Source of the DNA: a virus
Lineage: Duplodnaviria > Heunggongvirae > Uroviricota > Caudoviricetes
Direction: 5' to 3' (one strand)
Virus record (IMG/VR): IMGVR_UViG_3300047444_000753
Location: 69,256-133,255 of that record
DNA: 64,000 nt
The position numbers were made by a program, and so were the translations under genes. Below the pieces are notes generated by a model, which was given only the letters and a program-made list of their open reading frames with translations, had not been told where the DNA came from and ran no database searches. Shown here in pieces: positions 25,899 through 34,698 of this stretch (its first letter is position 1; each line of letters begins with the position of its first letter).

Positions 25899-26231
25899 AT
25901 GACTGCATGGATCATCACCAAAGACAAGATCGAATCTGACGCCAAGGGCGTGACCGGCCCGGGTATGGCGACGGACAACGACGTCAAGCGCCTGCAGGCC
26001 GGTGAGGGCGTCCGTTTCCGGATGCTGGACGACGACGGCGAGATCTATTACTACGGGCGGCAGCTGGAGACGTCGGACTGCACTGGGGCCTATGAGGATG
26101 GGTACTACGGAGCCGAGTCGGAATTCGCCCCACTGGATAACTTCGGACGTCCCAACGCCGGGTGCACCGAGATCCAGTTTGACCGGGGCGCAAAGGACGC
26201 CAAGGGCAAAGTGATCTGGGAGTCTTTGTAA
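25899..26231 (+). CDS. conserved-type phage early protein
   Basis: FRMLDDDGEIYYYG...FAPLDNFGRPNAGCTEI motif; promoter and RBS. Confidence 0.85.
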   Translation: MTAWIITKDKIESDAKGVTGPGMATDNDVKRLQAGEGVRFRMLDDDGEIYYYGRQLETSDCTGAYEDGYYGAESEFAPLDNFGRPNAGCTEIQFDRGAKDAKGKVIWESL

Positions 26232-26307
26232 AAACTGCAACGGCGGTGGGGTTGACACCTCACCGCCAACGCGGTATGCTTATAGTACCAACAACAAAGG
26301 AGTAGCT

Positions 26308-26580
26308 ATGAAGCTCAAGTACACTGAATTCCGTCCGAGCGTCAACCGCTTCAGCGCGGAAGAGACGTCCGCCGAGATCCACAACGTAGACGAGTTCACC
26401 AAAGTCGTGTTGAAAGAGGTCGGCACGTGTCTTGAATTCGAGTCCCACGACGCGGCGCACAAGCTGCTGGACTGGCACCGGGAAGTCTATGGCACGGGCA
26501 AGCTGACCGTTGGTCAGAAGCTGGTCCACAACTACGGGACTGGACTGGATCCAGTCGGCACGTGGGAAATCATTAGCTGA
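26308..26580 (+). CDS. hypothetical early protein
   Basis: Hairpin promoter, AAGGAG RBS. Confidence 0.85.
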   Translation: MKLKYTEFRPSVNRFSAEETSAEIHNVDEFTKVVLKEVGTCLEFESHDAAHKLLDWHREVYGTGKLTVGQKLVHNYGTGLDPVGTWEIIS

Positions 26581-26635
26581 TTGCAAACTTTGCAAGGGGG
26601 GCCTACGGGCTCCCCTTGCTTGCGTAGGAGGAACA

Positions 26636-26839
26636 ATGGATAGGTCTGGATGGTGCATGAAGATGCCTGTAACCGAGTCGAATCAGGCCGAGCATGACGG
26701 ATGCCCTGAGCACTTTCAGACGCGCTCATGCGCCTGCACGTGTGGGCATAAGGGGTCGAGGTCACTGGAGAGTCGGGCCATGGTCTTCCAGCCACGGCTG
26801 ACGCCCAAACCGCTAAGGGTTGACAACGATGTACCATAG
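26636..26839 (+). CDS. small Cys/His protein
   Basis: AGGAGG RBS; HDGCP...CACTCGH. Confidence 0.65.
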   Translation: MDRSGWCMKMPVTESNQAEHDGCPEHFQTRSCACTCGHKGSRSLESRAMVFQPRLTPKPLRVDNDVP

Positions 26840-26886
26840 GGCTTATGCTTGATACACAAGCTAACCGCTACGCCTAGGAGGGCACC

Positions 26887-27210
26887 ATGACTGAGTCCGC
26901 AGACATTGCAAAGATTACAACCAAGCTGGAAATCTTTGCGGACACAAGTATCAAGCGGATGCAGGTCACGTGTCCCAACGGACGCGGCGTGAGCATTATC
27001 CGGGGCTATGGGACGTACGGAGCTACTGCGGGACTCTTTGAGGTGGCCGTGCTGGACTTTGATGGAAATCTGGACTACTCCACGCCCATTACCGATGACG
27101 TACTGGGCTGGCAGTCACCCGAGGATGTCCGGGCCGTTGTGGCGGCAGTGGCAGCACTTCCGGGCCGTGAGATTGAGGCACCGGCTGGACGGGGCGCTAT
27201 CGAGGGCTAG
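26887..27210 (+). CDS. conserved-type phage early protein
   Basis: NGRGVSII...GLFEVAVL...YSTPITDDVLGW motif; promoter and RBS. Confidence 0.85.
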   Translation: MTESADIAKITTKLEIFADTSIKRMQVTCPNGRGVSIIRGYGTYGATAGLFEVAVLDFDGNLDYSTPITDDVLGWQSPEDVRAVVAAVAALPGREIEAPAGRGAIEG

Positions 27211-27270
27211 GGCTTGACCCAGGGGTATACATGGGTGTATGCTTAGAGTACCAACCAAGAAGGAGACATC

Positions 27271-27615
27271 ATGGAACTTCCCATCACCAAAGATCAAGCG
27301 TTCTACCTGAACACGCTGGGCCGGACGGCGCAGCTGTACCGGACAACGAACGAACGGATGCAGCGGGACCTGACGGACAACATGGACCGTCTCAGTAAGG
27401 GTCGAGCCCCGGCTGCAGTCCGCCCCAACGAAGCTGCAGATTTGATGACAGCGGCGGCGCAGATTGACGCGATGACATCCATTGCTTATGCAGTCTTCCC
27501 GTACCCGGATGCATCCGATAAGGCGGCGTATCTGGCCCACCCGAACACAGTACAGGAGTACTTGCAGGCGGCGCTGACGCTGGACGCCATGGACTATATC
27601 CTGATCAAGCGCTGA
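27271..27615 (+). CDS. hypothetical early protein
   Basis: Promoter plus AAGGAG RBS. Confidence 0.85.
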   Translation: MELPITKDQAFYLNTLGRTAQLYRTTNERMQRDLTDNMDRLSKGRAPAAVRPNEAADLMTAAAQIDAMTSIAYAVFPYPDASDKAAYLAHPNTVQEYLQAALTLDAMDYILIKR

Positions 27616-27689
27616 GCAGATTCTCTCGCCTAGTTGGCACCAACTAGGCGGGGGTGTATGCTTAGAGTACCAACCAAGAAGGAGACATC

Positions 27690-28103
27690 ATGAAAGACGT
27701 TGCAAAGATTGAAGCTGACATGCAAGTTCTGATGCAGGACTTGATGGTCATGGACTTTTCAGACCCCAACTTCAGCGAAACCATGGCAGCTGTCAGCGAG
27801 CTGAAGAAGGAGCTTGACGCGGAACGGACGCGCATTGGGGACGTGAACGCCGCCAAGTACCTGCTGAGCAGGCACGGCTACGCCTTCAAGATCTTTGGCC
27901 CGGAGGACGTCGAGCGGCACCTGTTGTCCATGGAAGACAATGACGGCGGCGGACGGGAGATTGCAAAAATTGTAGATCACGTCGTGAACGGGGATGACTG
28001 GCAGACCATGGCCGACGTCACCGACGCAGACGAGGCGAACATCTGGGCCTTGATTGAAGGCACCCGAGGTGACCACCCGGAGTGGTTCGGGCCGGAAGAA
28101 TAA
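27690..28103 (+). CDS. acidic early protein
   Basis: Hairpin promoter plus AAGGAG RBS. Confidence 0.85.
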   Translation: MKDVAKIEADMQVLMQDLMVMDFSDPNFSETMAAVSELKKELDAERTRIGDVNAAKYLLSRHGYAFKIFGPEDVERHLLSMEDNDGGGREIAKIVDHVVNGDDWQTMADVTDADEANIWALIEGTRGDHPEWFGPEE

Positions 28104-28271
28104 CCGCTACGCGCCTAGGGTTGACACTACAGCCCTAGGCGTGTATGCTAGTAACATACCAACGAACGAAGGACACACCATGAACATTACAGCTGGGGGG
28201 TTTGTATTCTTTGTAAAGACTACTGAGACACCTGAGACGAACACCAACACCACCGAACGAAGGAACACAAA

Positions 28272-28454
28272 ATGAGCACTCCGACATCACGCGCACGTCA
28301 CCGGGACAACGCAGCCAAGTTGGGGAAATTCCAGCTGGCCATGACCGAGGGCTTCCGGATGGTCAACGCGTGGATGGACACCACGTCGGGACAGCTGACA
28401 CTTATCGGAATTGTGGGCGCGGCGCTGCTGCTGGCCATGACTATCAAGCCATAG
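28272..28454 (+). CDS. small membrane protein
   Basis: AAGGA RBS, C-terminal TM. Confidence 0.7.
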   Translation: MSTPTSRARHRDNAAKLGKFQLAMTEGFRMVNAWMDTTSGQLTLIGIVGAALLLAMTIKP

Positions 28455-28646
28455 GGCTTGTGTCACCATGTATATGGTGATACACTAAGAGCATAAACCA
28501 AACATAGAGGACCGGACGGGTGAGAGAATCCCCGTCCGGTTCTTTCAATTGTGACGCGTTTCACTCCCTTTTGATGCTATACTATAGGAAATACAGCCGC
28601 CCCGACATCCGTTGGGTGTGGCTATTCTTGTTTAGGGGTGGACAGC

Positions 28647-29018
28647 ATGGATAAAGCGTTTGAGGGCTTCAGTTCCTTCATAACGGCTATCGGTCCAGCT
28701 GGGTACCCGACGTCGATTCTCGGCGGTGTACTGATGCTCTTCTTCTACTTGCGCAAGCAAGAAGCCGGGATGCGTACTGAGATTGTGGCGTCTTTGCAAC
28801 GTTTGCAAAAGGACAAGGAAGCGCTGCAGGCGAGGATTGATGCACTGCAGCTGAGGATTGACACGCTGCAGAAGGAACTGGACTCCCGGGACGATGACAT
28901 TGATGCACTACGCATGCAACGCAGGGAGCTAGAAGACAAAGCGTATAATGAATCTAGGCGTGCTGACTCCGCGTTGGAGCAGGTACGGAAACTGCAACGG
29001 GCAAAAGAATCGGACTGA
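28647..29018 (+). CDS. membrane protein with coiled coil
   Basis: N-terminal TM plus heptad repeats; extended -10 (TGCTATACT) upstream. Confidence 0.75.
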   Translation: MDKAFEGFSSFITAIGPAGYPTSILGGVLMLFFYLRKQEAGMRTEIVASLQRLQKDKEALQARIDALQLRIDTLQKELDSRDDDIDALRMQRRELEDKAYNESRRADSALEQVRKLQRAKESD

Positions 29019-29019
29019 C

Positions 29020-29346
29020 ATGGGACTACACAGTGATCTAGAAGCGTTGGGGGCGGCTCTGCTGGTCCGTAGAACGAAGGTTCTATATGCTGCAGTCGGC
29101 CTACTGTTGTTCGGAACACTGGGCATGATCGTACAGGCAACGGAGAGCTCTAGCGCAGTCGGGGTCGTTGCTCCAGCTCTGTCGGATGCTTGCAAAGATT
29201 ACAAATTCTATGTCGGACACGTCGAGGCCTGTGGAGCTGCAGCACAGATCACGTCAGATCCGTCCACACCTCCGAGCCCGTCGCCGACATCGGACACCAA
29301 TGTCATCGCCGACGTGGCCCCCATAACCACTACCGTAAACCGCTAG
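29020..29346 (+). CDS. membrane protein
   Basis: TM helix, two Cys, Pro/Ser/Thr tail. Confidence 0.7.
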   Translation: MGLHSDLEALGAALLVRRTKVLYAAVGLLLFGTLGMIVQATESSSAVGVVAPALSDACKDYKFYVGHVEACGAAAQITSDPSTPPSPSPTSDTNVIADVAPITTTVNR

Positions 29347-29353
29347 GAACATC

Positions 29354-29758
29354 ATGACCATGACCATGGACACCACTGCACTACTGAACATTGTGACGGC
29401 AGCTGTCGTCGTCGCCTCACCACTGCTGACATCCGTTTTCACGCATACTGGGATGTCTTCCCGGACGAAGAACACCATTGCAATGGTTGTAAGTCTTGTA
29501 ATCGCCGTAGTGTACGAAGTATTGACCGGGGGCATCACAGACTGGACCAACATCCTCATTGCTTTCCCCGTCGTGTACGGGCTGCAGCAAGCTGTCTATA
29601 ACACGCTGCTGAAGGCTCTGGCGACGAGTGTTGAGGCGACGGTGGGTGTAGCGCCGAAGGCGGACGCAGGGACGGTGCAGGCGGTCACTACGCAGGCGTC
29701 GGACGGCTCCGAGGTAGTCGTGGCAGCTCCCGTCGAGGAGACACCGGCCATGGGCTAG
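29354..29758 (+). CDS. holin-like membrane protein
   Basis: Three TM segments with PLLTSVF...SSRTKNTIAMVVSLVIAV pattern typical of actinophage holins. Confidence 0.55.
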   Translation: MTMTMDTTALLNIVTAAVVVASPLLTSVFTHTGMSSRTKNTIAMVVSLVIAVVYEVLTGGITDWTNILIAFPVVYGLQQAVYNTLLKALATSVEATVGVAPKADAGTVQAVTTQASDGSEVVVAAPVEETPAMG

Positions 29759-29889
29759 TCGTCAGGAATTCAGGGCGTTAGACGGGATCCTACGGGGTCC
29801 CGTTTTTCGTTGGTTGACACGGGGGTTGACGGCGCGGTATGATTGATGCAGGCGCTCTATAGGCGCAACCAACTGATAGAGGAGACAAC

Positions 29890-30438
29890 ATGTGGATCTT
29901 TACCACTGAAGGATTTATTAGCGCGGTGCAGGACAGCACGGATGATGAGAAATTGGTTATCCGAGCCCGTGACCGGAAGTCTCTTGAGAGCATGCTGCAG
30001 ACTATCGAGCTTGCTGGGGAGGCTATCAACCGGGACGCCGAGGAAGGTGTCGAGCCCGTGGTGTTCGGCCCGTACAAAATTGAGACGGGCAAGGGCACAG
30101 ACTACAGGTGGCGCGTGTCCGGGATTGATCGGGGGACGTTCGCCCTGTTCATGCAGTTCGAAATCATGAATTTCCTGCAGTACACCAATTACAAAAACGC
30201 CCTCACGGAGAGTCGAGGCAAGGTCTACCATGACGCAGCTATGCGCGTGTGGGTGGACATGCTGGCCGTTGACGACGGGGTAAAGATTCCCGGGCGTCAG
30301 TGGGACTTGTCCGGCGCAGATTGGGACGAGGATGAGCCCTCATGGGAGGAGATCCGTGCCATGGAGCTGGAAGACGGCGCAGGGCCTGAGACGGACGAAG
30401 AGTTCGCCGAGCTGATGTCCGAGGCTCCCAATGCTTAG
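29890..30438 (+). CDS. conserved-type phage protein
   Basis: MWIFTTEGFISAV...LVIRAR...DYRWR...YTNYK motif; promoter and GAGGAG RBS. Confidence 0.85.
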   Translation: MWIFTTEGFISAVQDSTDDEKLVIRARDRKSLESMLQTIELAGEAINRDAEEGVEPVVFGPYKIETGKGTDYRWRVSGIDRGTFALFMQFEIMNFLQYTNYKNALTESRGKVYHDAAMRVWVDMLAVDDGVKIPGRQWDLSGADWDEDEPSWEEIRAMELEDGAGPETDEEFAELMSEAPNA

Positions 30439-30601
30439 GGATGTCCGCTGGTTTGTAATTTTTGCAACCGTCCTGATGGTGGGCTCACTGGTGATGGCGC
30501 TGCTGGCCGGAACGACGGTGGCGCTGCAGCTGCTGGCTATCTACGCTGCAGTAGTCGCCGTGTTCCTGCTGCTGGCCGAGGTGCTGGTCCGGCTCAAGTA
30601 A
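30431..30601 (+). CDS. small membrane protein (2 TM)
   Basis: Hydrophobic 56 aa overlapping previous stop. Confidence 0.65.
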   Translation: MLRDVRWFVIFATVLMVGSLVMALLAGTTVALQLLAIYAAVVAVFLLLAEVLVRLK

Positions 30602-30669
30602 CGGGTGTGTCCCGGCCTCACAAGGGCCGGGGCAGCCGGCTTGACAAGTGTGTATGGTGTGGGTAAGCT

Positions 30670-30740
30670 TGAAGCATGAAGCCCACGGGAGCAGGGTCAC
30701 CGGAGCTGCCCGAAAATAAACGGGGGGTGTGAGGGCATGA
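30670..30740 (+). ncRNA. third copy of family-2 short transcript
   Basis: TTGACA(30641)-N17-TAAGCT-TGAAGC-ATGAAGC...AGCAGGGTCACCGGAGCTGCCC; ends at bidirectional terminator near 30740-30765. Confidence 0.45.
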
Positions 30741-30769
30741 AAAAGCCCCGCCGTAGCGGGGCCTTGGGG

Positions 30770-31063
30770 CTAGAAGCCCTTGATGCAGATTGGGCCGATA
30801 CCCTGAGCAACGGATGTCGGGTCCGTCAGCGTCCGTCCGCAGATGAGGCAGACACCCGTCCGGCGTCCGTATTCGGCTGCTTGCTCTTTGGTCATCCGAG
30901 TCTCGGGACGAAGGTTGAAGATTGCGCCCTTGTCATATTCGAACTTGCCCGTGTTGGTGTCGAGCTTCATGGCGTACAGGTTGCCCGATACCTTAGCGGC
31001 CTGAACCTTGAAGGCTCCAGCGTTGCAAAGGTAGAAACCGGGGGTGACGTTGATCTTGGCCAT
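30770..31063 (-). CDS. DUF6011-like zinc-binding protein
   Basis: CLICGRTLTDPTSVAQGIGPIC; AAGGAG RBS; own promoter. Confidence 0.85.
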   Translation of the reverse strand: MAKINVTPGFYLCNAGAFKVQAAKVSGNLYAMKLDTNTGKFEYDKGAIFNLRPETRMTKEQAAEYGRRTGVCLICGRTLTDPTSVAQGIGPICIKGF

Positions 31064-31178
31064 TTTGACTCCTTGGTTGTTTCTTGCTGATGTATCAATT
31101 ATTGCATGCAAGATAGACAGCTGTCAAGCACTGGGCAAAAGAAAATCCCCGCCCTATTGGACGGGGACTCTCGGGGGT

Positions 31179-31427
31179 CTAGAAGTGGATAGCGATGAGG
31201 TTGTGGGGGAGGTAGTTGTTATAGGACGGGGAGAAGATTTCAACCGCGCCATGCTCGGGGGAGATAACGGAGAGGGTGTTGCCCTTGGGGTCGAGGGTGA
31301 CGCGAGGTTCGCCCTTGAAGTGGACGTGGGAGGTTTCGACGTAGATTTCGTCAGCTTCCATGAACTCGAAGATGGCCGGGAGGGACTTGCCAACGGAGAT
31401 GATCTGGTCACGGTTCAGGGTAGTCAT
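31179..31427 (-). CDS. hypothetical early protein
   Basis: Cassette promoter, AAGGA RBS, terminator. Confidence 0.8.
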   Translation of the reverse strand: MTTLNRDQIISVGKSLPAIFEFMEADEIYVETSHVHFKGEPRVTLDPKGNTLSVISPEHGAVEIFSPSYNNYLPHNLIAIHF

Positions 31428-31545
31428 TGTCTGTCCTTTGGTTGTTTCCTGCTGATGTATCTAGTCTAAGACCTGGGATACACACTTGTCAACCCCGGGG
31501 GCAAAAGAAATCCCCCGGCCATGGTGACCGGGGGAATCTTGGGGG

Positions 31546-32241
31546 CTAACCCGCTAGTGTAGCGGTGCAATACTTACCGGAGAGGGTGCACGGTACTTGG
31601 TAGGCGGCGTACAGGTTCCCTTGAATCTTTAGGTCATTCGGGGTGCAGCGGATGACAGTGGTAGAGGCGTAGACACTAGCATCACAGGATGTGATGACTC
31701 CCCCGGTGTAATGCACCACTACGGAGATGAGCGGGAGAGGCTGCGTAACGGGCCGGGGCCGGGACGGGATAACTATTCCGGGGCCACCGGCCATGTTGCA
31801 GAGTCCGGGGGCCTCATGGCCTGTGCACTTGTGGGCGACGGGCGCAGGTTCCGCGTGAGGTGGGACGCGGAAAGTCTGCCCGGAGGCGGATGTCTGGCCC
31901 TTGATGACGGGCGCAGGCTTGACGGCAGCTGTAGGGGCAACGGGTGCAGGCGCTGGGGCTGCTGCAGGAACGACGGGCGCGGGGGCCGTGATGGTGTCAG
32001 CCGGGGGCGTTGCAACTTTTGCAACGGGCTTGGCTGCAGGCTTGAGGGTGTGCTTGACGGGTGTCTTGTGTGTTGGGGCCTTGACTACAGCCGGGGGTGT
32101 GGCCACGGGAGTGGCGAGGCTCTGGGAGATGTAGGGCACGTCGGACGGTGGGACGGGCGCAGCCTGTGGCGTCGAGGTGCAGGCGCTCATAGTGAGGGCT
32201 GCAGCGAGGGCAACGGGGGCGAGAGCTTTGGTGAGGTTCAT
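31546..32241 (-). CDS. lipoprotein with Pro/Ala-rich linker and Cys-containing C-terminal domain
   Basis: MNLTKALAPVALAAALTMSAC lipobox; own promoter. Confidence 0.8.
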   Translation of the reverse strand: MNLTKALAPVALAAALTMSACTSTPQAAPVPPSDVPYISQSLATPVATPPAVVKAPTHKTPVKHTLKPAAKPVAKVATPPADTITAPAPVVPAAAPAPAPVAPTAAVKPAPVIKGQTSASGQTFRVPPHAEPAPVAHKCTGHEAPGLCNMAGGPGIVIPSRPRPVTQPLPLISVVVHYTGGVITSCDASVYASTTVIRCTPNDLKIQGNLYAAYQVPCTLSGKYCTATLAG

Positions 32242-32366
32242 GGCGACATCCTTAATTGGTTTCTGGTATATGTCAAGTGTACCGCTATCATGGACGGCTG
32301 TCAACAGGTGTGTAGGTTGCAAAAAAAAAATAGACCCCGCCTAGTGGCGGGGCCTATCTCTTGGGG

Positions 32367-32753
32367 CTAGGCGTACTGTACTGCAGTCTCCCCGACGCCG
32401 ATGGTGTACACGGCGCGTTCCCCGCGTTCCTGAGCAAAGAACAGGGCTGCTGATACGGAAGTGAAGGCGTCCGAGGCGTCGAGGATCACGCGGCCATCCT
32501 CAATCCACGTTCCGATGTAGGAGTCTGAGGCAAGAACGGACATGCGCCGGATGTAGGACTCGGCGAACTCGGGGGTGAAATCATCCACAGGGACGGAGGT
32601 TTCGGGGACACGGGCACCAGTGATGTCGGTAGCGCCGCCCACGAGGGTGACCGGGGACGTTTCAAGAGTGAGCGTCTTGGGGTTCATGGTTGCGCCGCCG
32701 TCGTTGAGCGTGGCAGAGATGAGGGTCTGGGCTGCTGCTGCGAAATCAGTCAT
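32367..32753 (-). CDS. conserved-type phage early protein
   Basis: YIGTWIEDGRVILDAS...AQERGERAVY; cassette promoter. Confidence 0.8.
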   Translation of the reverse strand: MTDFAAAAQTLISATLNDGGATMNPKTLTLETSPVTLVGGATDITGARVPETSVPVDDFTPEFAESYIRRMSVLASDSYIGTWIEDGRVILDASDAFTSVSAALFFAQERGERAVYTIGVGETAVQYA

Positions 32754-32876
32754 GGCATGTTCCTTTTGTTGGTAGTTCCTGCTGATGTATCAATCATCTC
32801 ATTAATAGATACACTTGTCAAGTAGTCGAGCATAACGGCTAGATTCTCGGCCCGTGTGAGATACACGGGGGCGGGG

Positions 32877-33161
32877 TCACTTTGCATTTTTTGCAAGTCG
32901 GCGCTCAAGCTCGGCGCGGAACAGCTGCCAGTCGTTGGCGTAACGGGGGTCATTTTCATCCTTCATGGCGCGGTAAACCATCTCACGACGGGCGCGGGCT
33001 CGGTTGTCCACAAGATCCAAGATGGTCCACCGGATAGCGACGATAATTACGAACAGGGCAACGACTGCGAAACCAACCAACAGGGCAATGGCTCCAGCTT
33101 CCGAGTGCACGTGGTTTGCATTGTTTGCAATGATGATCGGGAGGATGTTGGTGGGGTTCAT
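32877..33161 (-). CDS. membrane protein
   Basis: AAGGAG RBS; central TM. Confidence 0.75.
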   Translation of the reverse strand: MNPTNILPIIIANNANHVHSEAGAIALLVGFAVVALFVIIVAIRWTILDLVDNRARARREMVYRAMKDENDPRYANDWQLFRAELERRLAKNAK

Positions 33162-33289
33162 GGCGGGCTCCTTAGTGGAATCTTGCTGATGTATCAAGAC
33201 TACAGGTGGGATACACAGATGTCAACACGGGGGCACAAGAAAAGACCCGCCGTGGTGACGGGTCGATTCTTGGGGGTGGGGCGAGGTGG

Positions 33290-33694
33290 TCAGCCTTGAC
33301 GGAAGATGTGCCACTCGTTGGGGTGGGCGACGGACTGCAGCGTGAATTCATTCATGGGAAGGTGGGCGGGCTCATGGTCCAGCGTGGAGACGTACACGGC
33401 GTGCGCAACGACTGCAGGGGCGAAGTTGTAAGTATTGAAAGTTGTCCAAGCCTCACGGGCCGTGACCGGGGACGTGATGTTACAGGTGAGGTTTCCCATG
33501 GTGTGGCAATTCCAGCACGGCTCATCCTCTTCACAACGGGGTGCAGGGGTGGGTGTAGGGGACGGCGTGGAGTCGGGGGCGGAGATTACTGCAGGGACGT
33601 ACGTGGGGGCGGCTGACGGAGCTGCAGGGGCGCAGCCGGTGAGGGCTAGGGCTGCAGCTACGGTGACGGGGGCGAGGATGTGGGCGAGGCGCAT
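33290..33694 (-). CDS. lipoprotein
   Basis: Lipobox LTGC, Pro-rich linker, CEEDEPCWNCHTMGNLTC. Confidence 0.8.
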   Translation of the reverse strand: MRLAHILAPVTVAAALALTGCAPAAPSAAPTYVPAVISAPDSTPSPTPTPAPRCEEDEPCWNCHTMGNLTCNITSPVTAREAWTTFNTYNFAPAVVAHAVYVSTLDHEPAHLPMNEFTLQSVAHPNEWHIFRQG

Positions 33695-33702
33695 AGGGGC
33701 TC

Positions 33703-34266
33703 CTAGTGAGTCGGGGGGTTCAGTTTGTCGAGCATGGAATTTAGGAAAGACTGTACAGCCTTGACGGCGGGCTCAAAGAAGTAAGGGTCGGCCTTGATGT
33801 CGTACGTCGAGGCCTTGACTATTTGGCGGCGTTCCTTGACCGGGGTGCAGGCGTTGCAAATTTTGCAAGAGTCGCCGGGGTCGGTGGACGTCTCCAGAAT
33901 CTGGCCCGTGTTGGTGCAGGTGAGGTTCCAAACAATTTTGGGGACGGGCCACTCGTGAGGGACCATCTCGCCGTGTTCATAGCCCAGACGGCGGGCAATT
34001 TTGAGCCACTTGTCATCATGGCCGTTGACACGGTGGGGGCGAACGGGGCCGCGTAGGGCGTGGGCTAGTTCATGCTTCATGATCTGGGACACTTGGTAGG
34101 GGGTGTAGGCCTGCATAAATTCCACAGACAGCTCTATGGTTCCCTTGGAGTAGTCGCAACGGCCTGCCCATTCAAGGGAATTGGCGAGGCGTATCCTGTA
34201 CAGGCAGTGAGGGGCTTTACGCGCCCGGATCTGGTTCGCTAGGCGAAGTGTAGCGTCGGGGTTCAT
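33703..34266 (-). CDS. SprT-like metalloprotease domain protein
   Basis: WAGRCDY...IELS...MKHELAHA...GHDDKW; C-terminal Cys cluster. Confidence 0.8.
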   Translation of the reverse strand: MNPDATLRLANQIRARKAPHCLYRIRLANSLEWAGRCDYSKGTIELSVEFMQAYTPYQVSQIMKHELAHALRGPVRPHRVNGHDDKWLKIARRLGYEHGEMVPHEWPVPKIVWNLTCTNTGQILETSTDPGDSCKICNACTPVKERRQIVKASTYDIKADPYFFEPAVKAVQSFLNSMLDKLNPPTH

Positions 34267-34274
34267 GGAAGTCC

Positions 34275-34406
34275 TTAGCGCCGGGTGGAGAGGTTGGCGT
34301 TGAATTGTGTGAGCATGGCGTTGGTACTGGCCATGATGTCGGCGAGCTGGTCAGCGTCGGCCTGCGAAGTGGTGGCGGGCTGGGGCTTAGGCCTGCGTCC
34401 GAACAT
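34275..34406 (-). CDS. small hypothetical protein (43 aa)
   Basis: AGGAG RBS; fills the gap between neighbours. Confidence 0.6.
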   Translation of the reverse strand: MFGRRPKPQPATTSQADADQLADIMASTNAMLTQFNANLSTRR

Positions 34407-34429
34407 TTTGGGCTCCTAGGTGGTGAGGA

Positions 34430-34585
34430 CTAGCGACGGGCGGCTTTACGGGCCTGCTTTGCGTGCCAGCGGCGGGCGCTCCATGCTGACTCGTCAACGA
34501 GGATGTAGAGCTTGACCGCTCCGAAGACGAAGGCAAGGGCGAGGATAGCTCCGATGATGTAGGCTACGAAGTTCATGGCGGTCAT
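34430..34585 (-). CDS. small membrane protein
   Basis: Cassette promoter, AAGGAG RBS, TM. Confidence 0.75.
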   Translation of the reverse strand: MTAMNFVAYIIGAILALAFVFGAVKLYILVDESAWSARRWHAKQARKAARR

Positions 34586-34698
34586 TTTGTGCTCCTTGGG
34601 TGGTTCCTGCTGATGTATCAAGTATTGCACGTGGGATACACAGATGTCAACACGCAAAAAATCCCCACCCTGTTGGGGGTGGGGACTCTTGGCGAGGG

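Larger units (their letters stand above)
23604..28149 (+). promoter_or_regulatory. six promoters with the -35 box at a hairpin apex
   Basis: -35 at 23614, 24328, 24998, 26252, 27634, 28121; each N17-TATGCT; 11-14 bp stems around the -35. Confidence 0.8.
31079..34622 (-). repeat. five near-identical promoter/leader cassettes (GATACATCAGCA(G/A)GAA...AAGGA)
   Basis: Plus-strand TTC(C/T)TGCTGATGTATC near 31081, 31446, 32777, 33181, 34605, each downstream of a minus-strand TTGACA. Confidence 0.8.

Noticed and set aside
28180-28275. 31-aa ORF after hairpin promoter 28121
   Set aside because: It has an RBS, but its tail is a duplicated leader-like ACCAACACC...GAAGGA sequence; coding status is too uncertain to list.
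26806-29346. Recurring AACCGCTA octamer (about 26808, 26864, 28102, 29339)
   Set aside because: Only about four copies of a short word near cassette joints; it may simply reflect cassette duplication.
32367-32753. SAM lyase (T3 gp0.3-like)
   Set aside because: The early position fits, but no T3 SAMase motifs are recognisable.
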